From NCBI GenBank assembly GCA_965279325.1, contig OZ257154.1:4865340-4929339 (forward strand): a stretch of 64,000 nt of DNA. The letters are read 5' to 3'. Below are positions 39,429 to 48,869 of this stretch, one piece after another. This DNA is from Burkholderiales bacterium. Its GTDB lineage: Bacteria > Pseudomonadota > Gammaproteobacteria > Burkholderiales > Ga0077523. The position numbers were made by a program, and so were the translations under genes. Numbering within the stretch: the stretch's first letter is position 1; each line of letters starts with the position of its first letter. Under the pieces are notes generated by a model that made no database searches, had not been told where the DNA came from, and saw nothing but the letters and a program-made list of their open reading frames with translations.

Positions 39429-39965
39429 TCAGTACTTCACCTTGGCGGTGATCGGCTTGCCGGACACGGCATCCACTTCCACGGTTGCCTGTTGCCCGCC
39501 GGGCAGCGTGAGCGTGTAGGTGTAGTAGGGAGAGCCGCGGACGCTGATGGACAGCTCCATCCTCGTGAACTTGACCGGAGGCAGGAAGACCGCCGGTGCG
39601 ACCGCCCGGGCCGCCGGCTCCGCCACCTTGACGCGTTCGTACATCTCGTACCGGACCAGCCCCGTCTTCTTGGTGAAATCCAGCGGGGCCTCGCTGGCCG
39701 GCCGGCACTCCGTCAGTCCGATACCGCCGTCCTTGCTGACGATGCGTACGTAGTAGCCTTCATCGGACGTGCTGGACAGCTCCTGCCAGCCCGTGATGAT
39801 GCCGGGACGCGCAGCCGCTGCCTTCGCCAGGCACTGGTCCAGCGTGCCTGAGGGGGCGGAGACGGGGGCAGGCGCAGGCGCAGGGGCTTCGTCCGCCCGC
39901 GCAACCATCGACAGCGGAATGCAAAGCATCAGCGCCCAGCGGCGCCATTGGTGAAAACGGATCAT
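39429..39965 (-). CDS. Exported PepSY-like domain protein
   Basis: Signal peptide MIRFHQWRRWALMLCIPLSMVARA and a C-terminal TVEVDAVSGKPITAKVKY PepSY-like end. A GAGGAG Shine-Dalgarno lies upstream. Confidence 0.5.
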   Translation of the reverse strand: MIRFHQWRRWALMLCIPLSMVARADEAPAPAPAPVSAPSGTLDQCLAKAAAARPGIITGWQELSSTSDEGYYVRIVSKDGGIGLTECRPASEAPLDFTKKTGLVRYEMYERVKVAEPAARAVAPAVFLPPVKFTRMELSISVRGSPYYTYTLTLPGGQQATVEVDAVSGKPITAKVKY

Positions 39966-40029
39966 GGAATCTCCTCGTTGAACGTGCGATGTGACCGCAA
40001 ATCCGACAGCGCGCATCGCCGAAACGTTC

Positions 40030-40446
40030 TCAGGGCTTGAACACGTCCACTGCCACGACCACCGTCGGCACGGTACCCTTGTTCTCCGCCCAATGGGTCA
40101 CGTCCTTGCCCTCGGTCCAGCTCTCGCCCGGCTGATGCACCTTCACCCAGTCGCCTTCGCGCCGCTCGGTGAGCACGCCACTCACCAGATGCGCCACCGT
40201 CGGACGGCCCTTGTGGCTGTGGTTGGCCACGACGCCACCCGGTTCGATGGTGACGATGCGCAGGCGCAATTGTCGGCCGTCGAGATTATCCAGTTCCTGA
40301 GGCAGATCGAGGAAGGTGGCCGGACCGACGATCACGCCCTGGTTCGCCGCGGGCGGTGTCTGTTGGCCGACGGCGACACCGATGCCGAAGGCGGCGGCCG
40401 CGATGGCGGTTCCCGCCAGAACGGCGAGGGAAGTGCGCTGATTCAT
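40030..40446 (-). CDS. Exported cupin-domain protein
   Basis: Signal-like N-terminus MNQRTSLAVLAGTAIAAAAFGIG. Cupin core IEPGGVVANHSHKGRPTVAHLVSG...THWAENKG. An AGGAGA Shine-Dalgarno lies upstream. Confidence 0.65.
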   Translation of the reverse strand: MNQRTSLAVLAGTAIAAAAFGIGVAVGQQTPPAANQGVIVGPATFLDLPQELDNLDGRQLRLRIVTIEPGGVVANHSHKGRPTVAHLVSGVLTERREGDWVKVHQPGESWTEGKDVTHWAENKGTVPTVVVAVDVFKP

Positions 40447-40657
40447 GGGGGTCTCCTGGAATCGTTGTTGTTGTGACGACGAGGCGTACCGGTCTCGTTT
40501 CGAGACCGAGTCCGACGACCCGTGACCATACGCCGATCCGCCCGCGCCTGCAGCCGTCCATCGCCACGGCGCCCCGCTCGCGCTACGATGCCGGCTTGTG
40601 GCCCGGGTGCGGGCCGAAAGAGCCCGCCTTGTCGTGACCCAAGCCGGAGGAAATACC

Positions 40658-41977
40658 GTGATTCCCGATCGTATCGAAGTGAGCATCGCAGGCGGACTCG
40701 ATTTTCCGCTGCCGTCCATGGCCCGGGTGCGCCAGAAGTTCGATCCGGCCCGGCTGGACGACATCGCCGGTGCGGTGCGACGCGAGTTCCAGCGGCCGGA
40801 GATCCGGGCGCGGGTGAAACCCGGGCAATCGATCGCCGTGGGTTGCGGGAGCCGCGGTGTCGCGAACATCGGGCTCATCGCCCGGACGGTCGTCGAGGAG
40901 CTGCGCGGGCTCGGCGCCAAACCCTTCATCTTCCCCTGCATGGGCAGCCATGGTGCCGCTACTGCCGAAGGTCAGCGCAAGGTGCTCGAGACCTACGGCA
41001 TCACGGAAGAGGCCACCGGCGTGCCGATCCGCGCCAGCATGGACACCGTCATCACCGGGACGCTCGACGACGGCACGCCGGTGCACATGGACCGCAATGC
41101 TTCCGAGGCCGACGGCATCGTCGTCATCAATCGCATCAAGCCCCACACCGGTTTTCGCGGGCCCACCGAAAGCGGCCTCACCAAGATGCTGTCCATCGGC
41201 ATCGGCAAGATCGTCGGCGCGGCGACGTATCACCGGCACGGCATGGATCGCTTCCCCGACCTGCTGCCGAAGATCCGCGACGTGCATCTCGCGCATCGCA
41301 ACGTGCTGTTCGGCGTGGGCATCGTCGAGAACGCCTACGACGAAACCGCGCGGATCGAACTGGTGCCGTCGGAACAGCTCGCGACCCGCGAGCCGGTGCT
41401 CCAGGACATGGCCAAGAAGATGATGCCGCAACTGTTCTTCGACGAGATCGACGTGCTGATCATCGAGGAGATGGGCAAGAACATCTCGGGAGCAGGCTTC
41501 GACCCGAACATCACCGGACGCAACCGTCGCAACGTGCAGTGGACGCCGAAGCCGCTGGTCAAGAAGATCGTCGTGCTGGGGCTCACGCGCGTCTCGCACG
41601 GCAACGCCACCGGCATCGGCGGAGCGGACGTGATCACGATGCGGCTGTTCCGTGACCTCGATGTGTCGTCCACCTACGCCAACGTGATCACCGCGGGCAA
41701 TCTCGACGGTGCGGCGATCCCGATCGTCATGAACAACGATCACGACGCCATTGCGCTGGCAGTGAAGACCGTCGTGCGCGTGAAGCCGGAGGATTGCCGG
41801 GTGGTGCGCATCCGCAACACGCTGCACCTGTCCGAGATCGAGGTGTCGGCCCCGATGCTCGCCGAGGTTCGTGCGCAGCAGGAGCGGTTCGAACTGGTTG
41901 GGGATGCTCGTGGGTGGAGCTTCGATGCGCAGGGGAATCTGGGGCCGTTGACGGGGCATATTGAGGCGGCGGCGTGA
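40658..41977 (+). CDS. LarA-N-terminal-like (DUF2088-type) protein; function uncertain
   Basis: IAVGCGSRGVANI...GAKPFIFPCMGSHGAATAEGQ...INRIKPHTGF resembles lactate-racemase-domain proteins, from memory only. The start is set at a GTG with a GGAGG Shine-Dalgarno 8 nt upstream. Confidence 0.4.
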   Translation: MIPDRIEVSIAGGLDFPLPSMARVRQKFDPARLDDIAGAVRREFQRPEIRARVKPGQSIAVGCGSRGVANIGLIARTVVEELRGLGAKPFIFPCMGSHGAATAEGQRKVLETYGITEEATGVPIRASMDTVITGTLDDGTPVHMDRNASEADGIVVINRIKPHTGFRGPTESGLTKMLSIGIGKIVGAATYHRHGMDRFPDLLPKIRDVHLAHRNVLFGVGIVENAYDETARIELVPSEQLATREPVLQDMAKKMMPQLFFDEIDVLIIEEMGKNISGAGFDPNITGRNRRNVQWTPKPLVKKIVVLGLTRVSHGNATGIGGADVITMRLFRDLDVSSTYANVITAGNLDGAAIPIVMNNDHDAIALAVKTVVRVKPEDCRVVRIRNTLHLSEIEVSAPMLAEVRAQQERFELVGDARGWSFDAQGNLGPLTGHIEAAA

Positions 41978-41989
41978 GGCACTGCCTCC

Positions 41990-42118
41990 GCCCCCTCCCC
42001 GGCCCTCCCCCATCTTCGACGGGGGAGGGGGTACTTGCACTCCTTCCCCCACCAATGGTGAGGGAAGGGATGTACGTCCCCTCCCCCGGCTTTGCCGGGG
42101 GAGGGTCAGGGTGGGGGC
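41990..42118. repeat. GC-rich nested-hairpin REP-like element, three-hairpin copy
   Basis: Outer arms GCCCCCTCCCCGGCC / GGTCAGGGTGGGGGC enclose three hairpins: CCCTCCCCC..GGGGGAGGG, CCTTCCCCCACC-AAT-GGTGAGGGAAGG and CCCTCCCCCGGC-TTT-GCCGGGGGAGGG. Same family as the copy at 34253..34342. Confidence 0.85.
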
Positions 42119-42210
42119 TGCACGCAATTCTGGCGAGCGTTCACAGCGGCAGCGACCTGCCACGGTTTGCGGCGTAACCGACTTCAGATCGACACCCGCG
42201 GGGGGACGCA

Positions 42211-42603
42211 TTGGCCGGGCACGAGCGACGTCGTTATTTCGTGAAAGCAGGAGAAGTCCCTGGATATCATCCCGCCAATCACACCGGCACGACCAACCAT
42301 CGGTTGATCGGCGCCGATACCGTCGGCGCGAGGCAGGTCGAGGTCATTCTCGGTGTCATCGAGAAGGGAAAAGGCGCGATGCCGCACGCCCATCCCGGCA
42401 TCGAGCAGGTCTGCTACCTGCTGGAGGGTGAAGCCCGCGCGGAAGTCGGTGGCGAGGCTTGCGACCTGAGCCCCGGCGATTGCTGCTTCTTTCCGGCCGA
42501 CGTGCCGCACAGCTTCACGGTGTTGAGCGACACACCGGTCAAGGTGCTCGTCATCTATTCGCCACCCTACGAAGAGCAACCGGATCGTGTGGTCCGGTAC
42601 TGA
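42211..42603 (+). CDS. Cupin-domain protein
   Basis: GAMPHAHPGIEQVCYLLEGEA...GDCCFFPADVPHSF are cupin motifs 1 and 2. TTG start with a GGGGGA Shine-Dalgarno. Confidence 0.7.
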   Translation: MAGHERRRYFVKAGEVPGYHPANHTGTTNHRLIGADTVGARQVEVILGVIEKGKGAMPHAHPGIEQVCYLLEGEARAEVGGEACDLSPGDCCFFPADVPHSFTVLSDTPVKVLVIYSPPYEEQPDRVVRY

Positions 42604-42619
42604 ATCGCGCGGATCGTCG

Positions 42620-43591
42620 ATGCGGGGTCGCGGAATTCTCTGCGTGCTCGCGGTCGTGTGCGCCGTTGCCACGGCACCGTGCATGTCTGCGGAGCCGTCG
42701 AACTATCCGGCCCGTCCCATCCGTCTGGTCGTGCCGTTCGCGGCCGGCAGCGCGACCGACAGCATGGCGCGCGTCCTGGCGCAGGAGCTGGGCCAGCGCC
42801 TTGGCCAGAACGTCGTGGTGGACGACCGGCCCGGTGCGTTCGGCCAGATCGCGGCCGTGTTCGTCGCGAAGAGCAAACCCGATGGATACACGATCTTCGT
42901 CACGACCAACACCACGCACTCCGCGAATCCGCATCTCTACAAGTCGCTGCCGTACGATCCGGTGAAGGATTTCGAGCCCGTGGCGCGTACCGCGACGCTG
43001 CCCTTCATGCTGGTGGTGAATCCTGCGTTGCCGGTCAAGTCCACGGCGGAATTCATCACCCATGCCCGTGCCAATCCAGGCAAGCTCGCCTACGCCACGG
43101 CCAGCAGCACTTCCCTCGTCGCCGCGGAGAGTCTCAACGTCCAGGCCAGGATCGCGATGACCGGCGTCACGTACAAGTCGAGTCCGCAGGCGATGCTCGA
43201 CGTGGTGTCCGGCGAGGTGCCCGTGATGGTGGCGGACTTCGCCACTGCCCTTCCGCACATCGCGGGCGGACGCGTGAAAGTGCTCGGCGTCACGACTGCG
43301 AAACGCTCCGCGCTCGTGCCCGAAGCGCCGCCGATCGCGGACACGGTGAAGGGTTTCGACGTGACGTCCTGGAACGGCCTGTTCGTTCCGGCCGGTACCC
43401 CGAAGGCCATCGTGGAGCGCCTCGCGCGCGAGACGCTGGATATCCTCGCCAGGAAGGACGTCGTCGATCGGCTGGCGACGATCGGTTTCGAAGTGGACCC
43501 TCTCGGTCCCAATGATTTTTCACAGTACTTGCGAGCGCAGCTCGAGTACTGGGGCAAGCTGATCCACGACGCCGGCATCAAACCCGAGTAA
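42620..43591 (+). CDS. Bug-family (TctC-like) tripartite tricarboxylate transporter substrate-binding protein
   Basis: Signal peptide, then YPARPIRLVVPFAAGSATDSMARVLAQEL...KPDGYT...ANPGKLAYATASSTS...VTSWNGLFVPAGTP. This is a classical Bug signature. Confidence 0.85.
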   Translation: MRGRGILCVLAVVCAVATAPCMSAEPSNYPARPIRLVVPFAAGSATDSMARVLAQELGQRLGQNVVVDDRPGAFGQIAAVFVAKSKPDGYTIFVTTNTTHSANPHLYKSLPYDPVKDFEPVARTATLPFMLVVNPALPVKSTAEFITHARANPGKLAYATASSTSLVAAESLNVQARIAMTGVTYKSSPQAMLDVVSGEVPVMVADFATALPHIAGGRVKVLGVTTAKRSALVPEAPPIADTVKGFDVTSWNGLFVPAGTPKAIVERLARETLDILARKDVVDRLATIGFEVDPLGPNDFSQYLRAQLEYWGKLIHDAGIKPE

Positions 43592-43604
43592 CAAACACGC
43601 ATCC

Positions 43605-44801
43605 ATGGCAGGCCCTCTTTCCGGCATCAGGATCCTGGACCTCACGACCGTCGTGATGGGTCCTTTCGCCACGCAGATCCTCGCCGAACTCGGTGCGGAC
43701 GTGATCAAGGTCGAACCGCGCGAGGGCGACAACATGCGGTACGTCGGCCCCATGAAGTCCGCAGGCATGGGGCATCTTTACCTGCACTTGAATCGCGGCA
43801 AGCGCGATCTCGTGCTGGATCTGAAGCAGCCCGAGGGGCGCGAGGCGTTGTTGCGGCTCGCGAAGAGCGCAGACGTACTCATCTACAACGTGCGCCCGTC
43901 GGCCATGAAGCGGCTGGGGCTTTCCTACGACGACATTCGCGCGGTGAACCCGCGCATCATCTACGTGGGCGCTTATGGCTATTCCGAGCGCGGACCGAAC
44001 GCCGGCAAGGCCGCTTACGACGATCTGATCCAGGGCGGCACCGGCTTGCCCTGGCTCGCTTCGCGCAACGGTGCCTCCACGCCGCAGTACGCGCCCGTCA
44101 ACCTCGCCGACCGCGTCACGGGTCTGCACGTCACCTATGCCGTGACGGCCGCGCTGTTTCATCGCGAACGCACCGGCGAGGGACAATCCGTCGAGGTCCC
44201 GATGTACGAGAGCGTCGCGCAGTTCGTGCTCGGCGATCATCTGGCCGGACTGTCGTATCTGCCACCCATCGGTGGCACCGGCTACGCGCGTCTGCAGGAG
44301 CGCCGGCCCTACGCGACGAAGGACGGCTGGCTATGCGTGCTTGTCTACAACGACAAGCAGTGGGGCAAGTTTCTCCAGGCCGTTGGTCGCGCGGATCTGC
44401 TGGAGGACGAGCGCTTCACGTCCCACGGCAAGCGCGCTGAACACATCGCGGACATCTACGCGTTTCTCGCCGACCTGCTCAAGACCCGTACCAACGCGGA
44501 GTGGGTGACGTTGCTCGAAACGCTCGACATTCCCGTGGGGCCGATGCACACGGTCGCCGACCTGGTGACCGATCCCCATCTGGTACAGAGCGGCTTCTTC
44601 GAGACCGAGCAGCATCCGACCGAAGGCGAAGTGCTGGCGCCGCGAACACCCACGGACTGGTCGGCCTCGAAACCCGGTCCACGTCAGCCGGCACCAAGGT
44701 TGGGTGAGCACTCGGTGGAGATTCTCCGTGAAGCGGGGTATACGGATGCCGAGATCGCCGAACTCGCGCGCAAGCGGGTGACGCAGGTCATCGACCGGTA
44801 G
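43605..44801 (+). CDS. CaiB/BaiF family III CoA-transferase
   Basis: GPLSGIRILDLTTVVMGPFATQILAELGADVIKVEP, LNRGKR and an interlocked-dimer family III layout. Confidence 0.85.
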   Translation: MAGPLSGIRILDLTTVVMGPFATQILAELGADVIKVEPREGDNMRYVGPMKSAGMGHLYLHLNRGKRDLVLDLKQPEGREALLRLAKSADVLIYNVRPSAMKRLGLSYDDIRAVNPRIIYVGAYGYSERGPNAGKAAYDDLIQGGTGLPWLASRNGASTPQYAPVNLADRVTGLHVTYAVTAALFHRERTGEGQSVEVPMYESVAQFVLGDHLAGLSYLPPIGGTGYARLQERRPYATKDGWLCVLVYNDKQWGKFLQAVGRADLLEDERFTSHGKRAEHIADIYAFLADLLKTRTNAEWVTLLETLDIPVGPMHTVADLVTDPHLVQSGFFETEQHPTEGEVLAPRTPTDWSASKPGPRQPAPRLGEHSVEILREAGYTDAEIAELARKRVTQVIDR

Positions 44802-44807
44802 TCGGCA

Positions 44808-45974
44808 TTGGACTTCGCCTTCACTCCGGAACAACGCTCGATCCACGACGCGATCGTTCGTCTGTGCGAGCCGTTCGACGCACAGTACTGGCTCGAGCGC
44901 GATCGCAATGGCGGTTTCCCTGACGACTTTCACGCCGCGATCGCTCGCGATGGCTGGCTGGGCATCGCGATGCCCGAGGCGTACGGCGGTGCAGGCCTGG
45001 GCATCGCCGAAGCGGCGGTGATGATGCAGGCAGTGAGCGAATCGGGCGCCGGGTTCTCGGGCGCTTCCGCGATTCACATGAACATCTTCGGCCTGAATCC
45101 GGTCGTGGTGTTCGGCTCGGAGGAACAGAAGGCACGCTGGCTGCCGCCGCTGATACGCGGGGAGGAGAAGGCGTGCTTCGCCGTGACCGAACCGAACGTG
45201 GGTCTCAACACGACGCGCATCGAGACCATCGCGCGGCGCAATGGCGACCGGTACGTGCTGCAGGGGCGCAAGATCTGGATCTCGACCGCGCAGGTCGCCG
45301 AGCGGATGCTGATCCTCGCAAGGACGACGCCGTTGGCCGAGTGCCGGAAACCGACCGAAGGCCTGTCGCTGTTCTATACCCGGCTCGATCGTGATCGCGT
45401 GGAAGTGCGCGAGATCGAGAAGATGGGTCGCAAGGCGGTGGACTCCAACCTGCTGTTCATCGAGGATCTGTCGGTGCCGATGGAGGATCGCATCGGTGAA
45501 GAAGGCAAAGGCTTCGAATGCATCCTCCACGGCATGAACCCCGAGCGCATTCTCATCGCGGCCGAGGCCGTCGGGCTGGGCCGGGCCGCGCTGAAGCGCG
45601 CGGTCGACTATGCGAACGAGCGGATCGTGTTCGACCGCCCCATCGGCCAGAACCAGGCGATCCAGCATCCGCTCGCGGCCAGCTGGATGGAACTCGAGGC
45701 CGCGAATCTCATGGTGTTCAAGGCCGCATCGCTCTACGACGCAGGTCAGCCCTGCGGGGCGGAAGCGAATGCCGCCAAGTACCTCTCGGCCGAAGCGTGC
45801 TTCCGCACCTGCGAGCAGGCGATGCTCACGCTCGGGGGCATGGGCTACGCGAAGGAGTACCACGTGGAGCGCTACCTACGCGAAGCGATGGTCCCCCGAC
45901 TCGCGCCCGTGAGTCCGCACCTCATCCTGTGCTTCATCGCCGAGAAGGTGCTGGGACTGCCGAAGTCGTACTGA
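44808..45974 (+). CDS. Acyl-CoA dehydrogenase
   Basis: FTPEQRSIHDA, CFAVTEPNVGLNT, GRKIWISTA, GGMGYAKEYHVERYLREA. TTG start 6 nt after the CoA-transferase stop. Confidence 0.85.
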   Translation: MDFAFTPEQRSIHDAIVRLCEPFDAQYWLERDRNGGFPDDFHAAIARDGWLGIAMPEAYGGAGLGIAEAAVMMQAVSESGAGFSGASAIHMNIFGLNPVVVFGSEEQKARWLPPLIRGEEKACFAVTEPNVGLNTTRIETIARRNGDRYVLQGRKIWISTAQVAERMLILARTTPLAECRKPTEGLSLFYTRLDRDRVEVREIEKMGRKAVDSNLLFIEDLSVPMEDRIGEEGKGFECILHGMNPERILIAAEAVGLGRAALKRAVDYANERIVFDRPIGQNQAIQHPLAASWMELEAANLMVFKAASLYDAGQPCGAEANAAKYLSAEACFRTCEQAMLTLGGMGYAKEYHVERYLREAMVPRLAPVSPHLILCFIAEKVLGLPKSY

Positions 45975-45998
45975 ACGGCCTCCCAACGCGAGGAAAAA

Positions 45999-46370
45999 TT
46001 ACGCTCGGCCGAAGTCGTCGTCGCCGAGCACGATCGGCTTGCCGTGCGGTGTCGCGCGCGCCGCACGATCCCAAGCGTCCTTGCAGGAAAGCAGCTCACC
46101 CACGGACACCAGTTGCTTCTGCGTGGTGAGCCGCTCCAACGTTGCGAGCCAGTGCTCGTAGTAGCGGGTGCCGTCGTCGGGACCCTCGCGCTCGGTGGCG
46201 GCAGTGATCTCCGCACCGAGCGTCGCTGCCCATTCCTGCCAGGTGAATGCCCCCCGTTCATAGAGGGCAAGTGCGAGTCCGAACGCCTGCGCTTCCCAAG
46301 GCGCGCGGAACACCGGGCCGTCGTCGTCGATGCGCAGGCCGGGAGACTGCGAGAGGTCCGGGGGATTCAT
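45999..46370 (-). CDS. Nitrile hydratase accessory (activator) protein
   Basis: 123 aa. GPVFRAPWEAQAFGLALALYERGAFTWQEWAATLG resembles the beta-subunit N-terminus, as NHase accessory proteins do. ATGA overlap with the beta subunit gene. Confidence 0.75.
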   Translation of the reverse strand: MNPPDLSQSPGLRIDDDGPVFRAPWEAQAFGLALALYERGAFTWQEWAATLGAEITAATEREGPDDGTRYYEHWLATLERLTTQKQLVSVGELLSCKDAWDRAARATPHGKPIVLGDDDFGRA

Positions 46371-47026
46371 GCCGGATCGAGGTGATCGTTCCAGAGGTCG
46401 ATCAGCACGCGGTCGGCGACCGGTGCCTCGGGACCGAACAGTTCCCGCGCAGCGAATCGCACGGAGTAAAGGTGCTGCGGCTTGTCGCCCAGTTTCGAGC
46501 CGCTCGCATCCGCGAAGATGAAGACGCCATGGACCCTTTCGATCACACCCTGGCGAGCGCGTGCGTAGCGCGGCAGACGCGTATGGCCGAGCGGATGATC
46601 GTTGCGGGTCACGATCGCGTCGCCGACGCGGAAGCGGGGCTCGATGTCGGCCTCCACGCGGAAGTTGCGGCCCGTCGCCGCGATCCTGTCGACGTCGTCC
46701 GGTGCCGGCACGCGCAGCGACGCCGGTGCCGCTCCCGCGGGTACCCCGGAGTCGATTTCCTCCCGCGTCGCGAGCCCGGCCTCGATCAGCAGCGTCTCCA
46801 GGCTGGCCAGCCAGCGTTCGTAGTAGGTCGAAGCGAGATAGTCGGCCGGATCCATGCGCTCCACGGCGTGGCGGCCGATGTCGATGTTCCAGCGGCCGAG
46901 CATGCTCGCGGCGAGGCGCATCGCGAATACGCGGCCTTCCCATGCGTGATGGAACACCGGCTCGTCACCCTCAGGCCCGACGGGTCCGAACCCGTGCATG
47001 CCGCCCATGTCGTGGACGCCGTTCAT
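46367..47026 (-). CDS. Nitrile hydratase beta subunit
   Basis: [16 protein letters not shown]...[15 protein letters not shown]...[10 protein letters not shown]...[20 protein letters not shown] overlap with the alpha subunit gene. Confidence 0.9.
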   Translation of the reverse strand: MNGVHDMGGMHGFGPVGPEGDEPVFHHAWEGRVFAMRLAASMLGRWNIDIGRHAVERMDPADYLASTYYERWLASLETLLIEAGLATREEIDSGVPAGAAPASLRVPAPDDVDRIAATGRNFRVEADIEPRFRVGDAIVTRNDHPLGHTRLPRYARARQGVIERVHGVFIFADASGSKLGDKPQHLYSVRFAARELFGPEAPVADRVLIDLWNDHLDPA

Positions 47027-47670
47027 GGGTGGGTGCCTGCGCGGCCGGCGCGCGCCACGCCGATCATCGAATCGCGCGAGACCAGATCGGCGAGTGCATT
47101 CTCGTCCAGTCCTGCAGACCCTTCGGGGCGCTCCGGCAACACCAGATAGCGAATCTCGGCAGTGCTGTCCCAGACCCGCACCTCGACCTTCGGATCCAGC
47201 GTGAGCCCGAACTCCGCGAGGACGCCGCGCGGATCGATCACCGCCCTGGAGCGGTACGCATAGGATTTGTACCAGACGGGTGGCAGACCGAGCACGGGCC
47301 AGGGGTAGCACGAGCACAGCGTGCAGACCACGAGGTTGTGCACCTGCGGCGTGTTCTCCACGACCACCATGTGCTCCCCCTGAAGGCCGGTGTAGCCCAG
47401 TTCCGCGATGGCGGCGGTGGCGTCCTCGAACAGGCGGTGCCGGTAGGCGGGGTCGGTCCACGCACGCGCAACCACCCGGGCACCGTTGCGTGGCCCGATC
47501 CGCGTTTCGTAGGTCTCGACCAGCCGGTCCAGCGTGGCCGGGTCCACCAGGCCCTTGCGCACGAGCAGGGATTCCAGCGCCTTGACGCGCAGCTCCACGT
47601 CGGAGAAGCGCGAGCCCGCGTCGTGATCGTGATGATCATGAGGATGATCGTGGTGGTCTTGGTCGCTCAC
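47023..47670 (-). CDS. Nitrile hydratase alpha subunit, cobalt type, with a His/Asp-rich N-terminal tail
   Basis: The metal-binding claw [17 protein letters not shown] carries the Thr/Tyr variant typical of Co-type enzymes. The N-terminus is [17 protein letters not shown]. Confidence 0.9.
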   Translation of the reverse strand: MSDQDHHDHPHDHHDHDAGSRFSDVELRVKALESLLVRKGLVDPATLDRLVETYETRIGPRNGARVVARAWTDPAYRHRLFEDATAAIAELGYTGLQGEHMVVVENTPQVHNLVVCTLCSCYPWPVLGLPPVWYKSYAYRSRAVIDPRGVLAEFGLTLDPKVEVRVWDSTAEIRYLVLPERPEGSAGLDENALADLVSRDSMIGVARAGRAGTHP

Positions 47671-47775
47671 GGGTCCCGTCCTGGTGCGAAGGTCTCGTGG
47701 CGCGAATGATAGACCGCCTGGCGTGAGGGAGGCGAAGGGGCGCGAGGGGAGGTGCGTTCCAAGTGCCGGCAGGCC

Positions 47776-48621
47776 CTAGTCGGGCGTTTCGACCTTCGTT
47801 CCCGACTCCGAAAACACCCAGGCGATCGCAATGCCGCCAGCCAGCGCCGTGTTCTGCCGCACGAGCGGACTCGGCTCGAACGTCGCGCCGTTCAACAGAT
47901 CGTAGCGGAGGTAGGCACCGACCCACACCTTGCCGATATGACGACTGATGGAGGCGAGGAACATGGTTCCCGAATAGCCGCCGTGCGCTTCGTAGGCCGG
48001 CCGATCGGGCGTCGCGTACTGCGGCGCAACGCCATAGAAGTACTGATGAAACTTCTGCGTGCCGAACAGCGGGCCGGCGTTGAAGCCGACGTTCCAGCGG
48101 CCACCGAGAAATTCAGGACGCAGGTCGAGGTTGAGGTGTGGATAGGTCACCCAGCCCTCGGCATGTACCTGTCGGAAGTCCGTTGCGATCACGGCACGGA
48201 CCGGGAGCCGCAGCCGCAGCCGGTAGGTGTAGTCGATCTCGCGGTCGCGTGCGAGCACGATGCCGAGCACGGGACCGACTTCGATGGTGGCATTGAGGTC
48301 GGGCATGCCCTGCCGCGCCTGATTCTTCTCGCTGTTCACCGGCTGCGTGGCGTACAGGCTCACGTCCAGTTCGACGCGGTCGGACGTGAAGAAGATGCCG
48401 CGGATGCCTTCGCGGTCCATCCTGAACCGATCGCCCCGATAGACGACGAGCGGGAGCGGGTACACGTAGCTTCGCCCCTGGTCCGAGCCGCGATAGTCCG
48501 GCAGGTAGAGGCCGACGGGTCCGACCCCGAATTCCCAAAGCGGTCGTTGTTCCCCGTGTCCGAGTCGCGGCAGGACGGCGATGGCGAACGCGAGCACCGA
48601 GAGAGCGGCGAGCTTCCTCAA
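47776..48621 (-). CDS. MipA/OmpV family outer-membrane protein
   Basis: Signal peptide, then WEFGVGPVGLYLPDYRGSDQ...YPLPLVVYRGD and alternating beta-strand patterns. TTG start. Confidence 0.75.
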   Translation of the reverse strand: MRKLAALSVLAFAIAVLPRLGHGEQRPLWEFGVGPVGLYLPDYRGSDQGRSYVYPLPLVVYRGDRFRMDREGIRGIFFTSDRVELDVSLYATQPVNSEKNQARQGMPDLNATIEVGPVLGIVLARDREIDYTYRLRLRLPVRAVIATDFRQVHAEGWVTYPHLNLDLRPEFLGGRWNVGFNAGPLFGTQKFHQYFYGVAPQYATPDRPAYEAHGGYSGTMFLASISRHIGKVWVGAYLRYDLLNGATFEPSPLVRQNTALAGGIAIAWVFSESGTKVETPD

Positions 48622-48869
48622 TGCGTCAGCACCGAACGCAAGGGGCCTGCAGGGTGATCAGCGCGTGAGACCGATGCTGTCGGGCACTTGCCGTTGCATG
48701 GGTGTGCAGGCGGGAGCAAGAAGATACCGTCGTGGACGACCGCGGCTGACCAGGAAGTCCACCGTACCACGCCCTCCAGGTGGACTCAAGGTAACGTCGG
48801 AGATCCTGCGGGTCGGTTGCCCCGTCTGCGCAGTGCCTTCGCCGCGCCGGTCCGGCGACGGCGCGAGGC

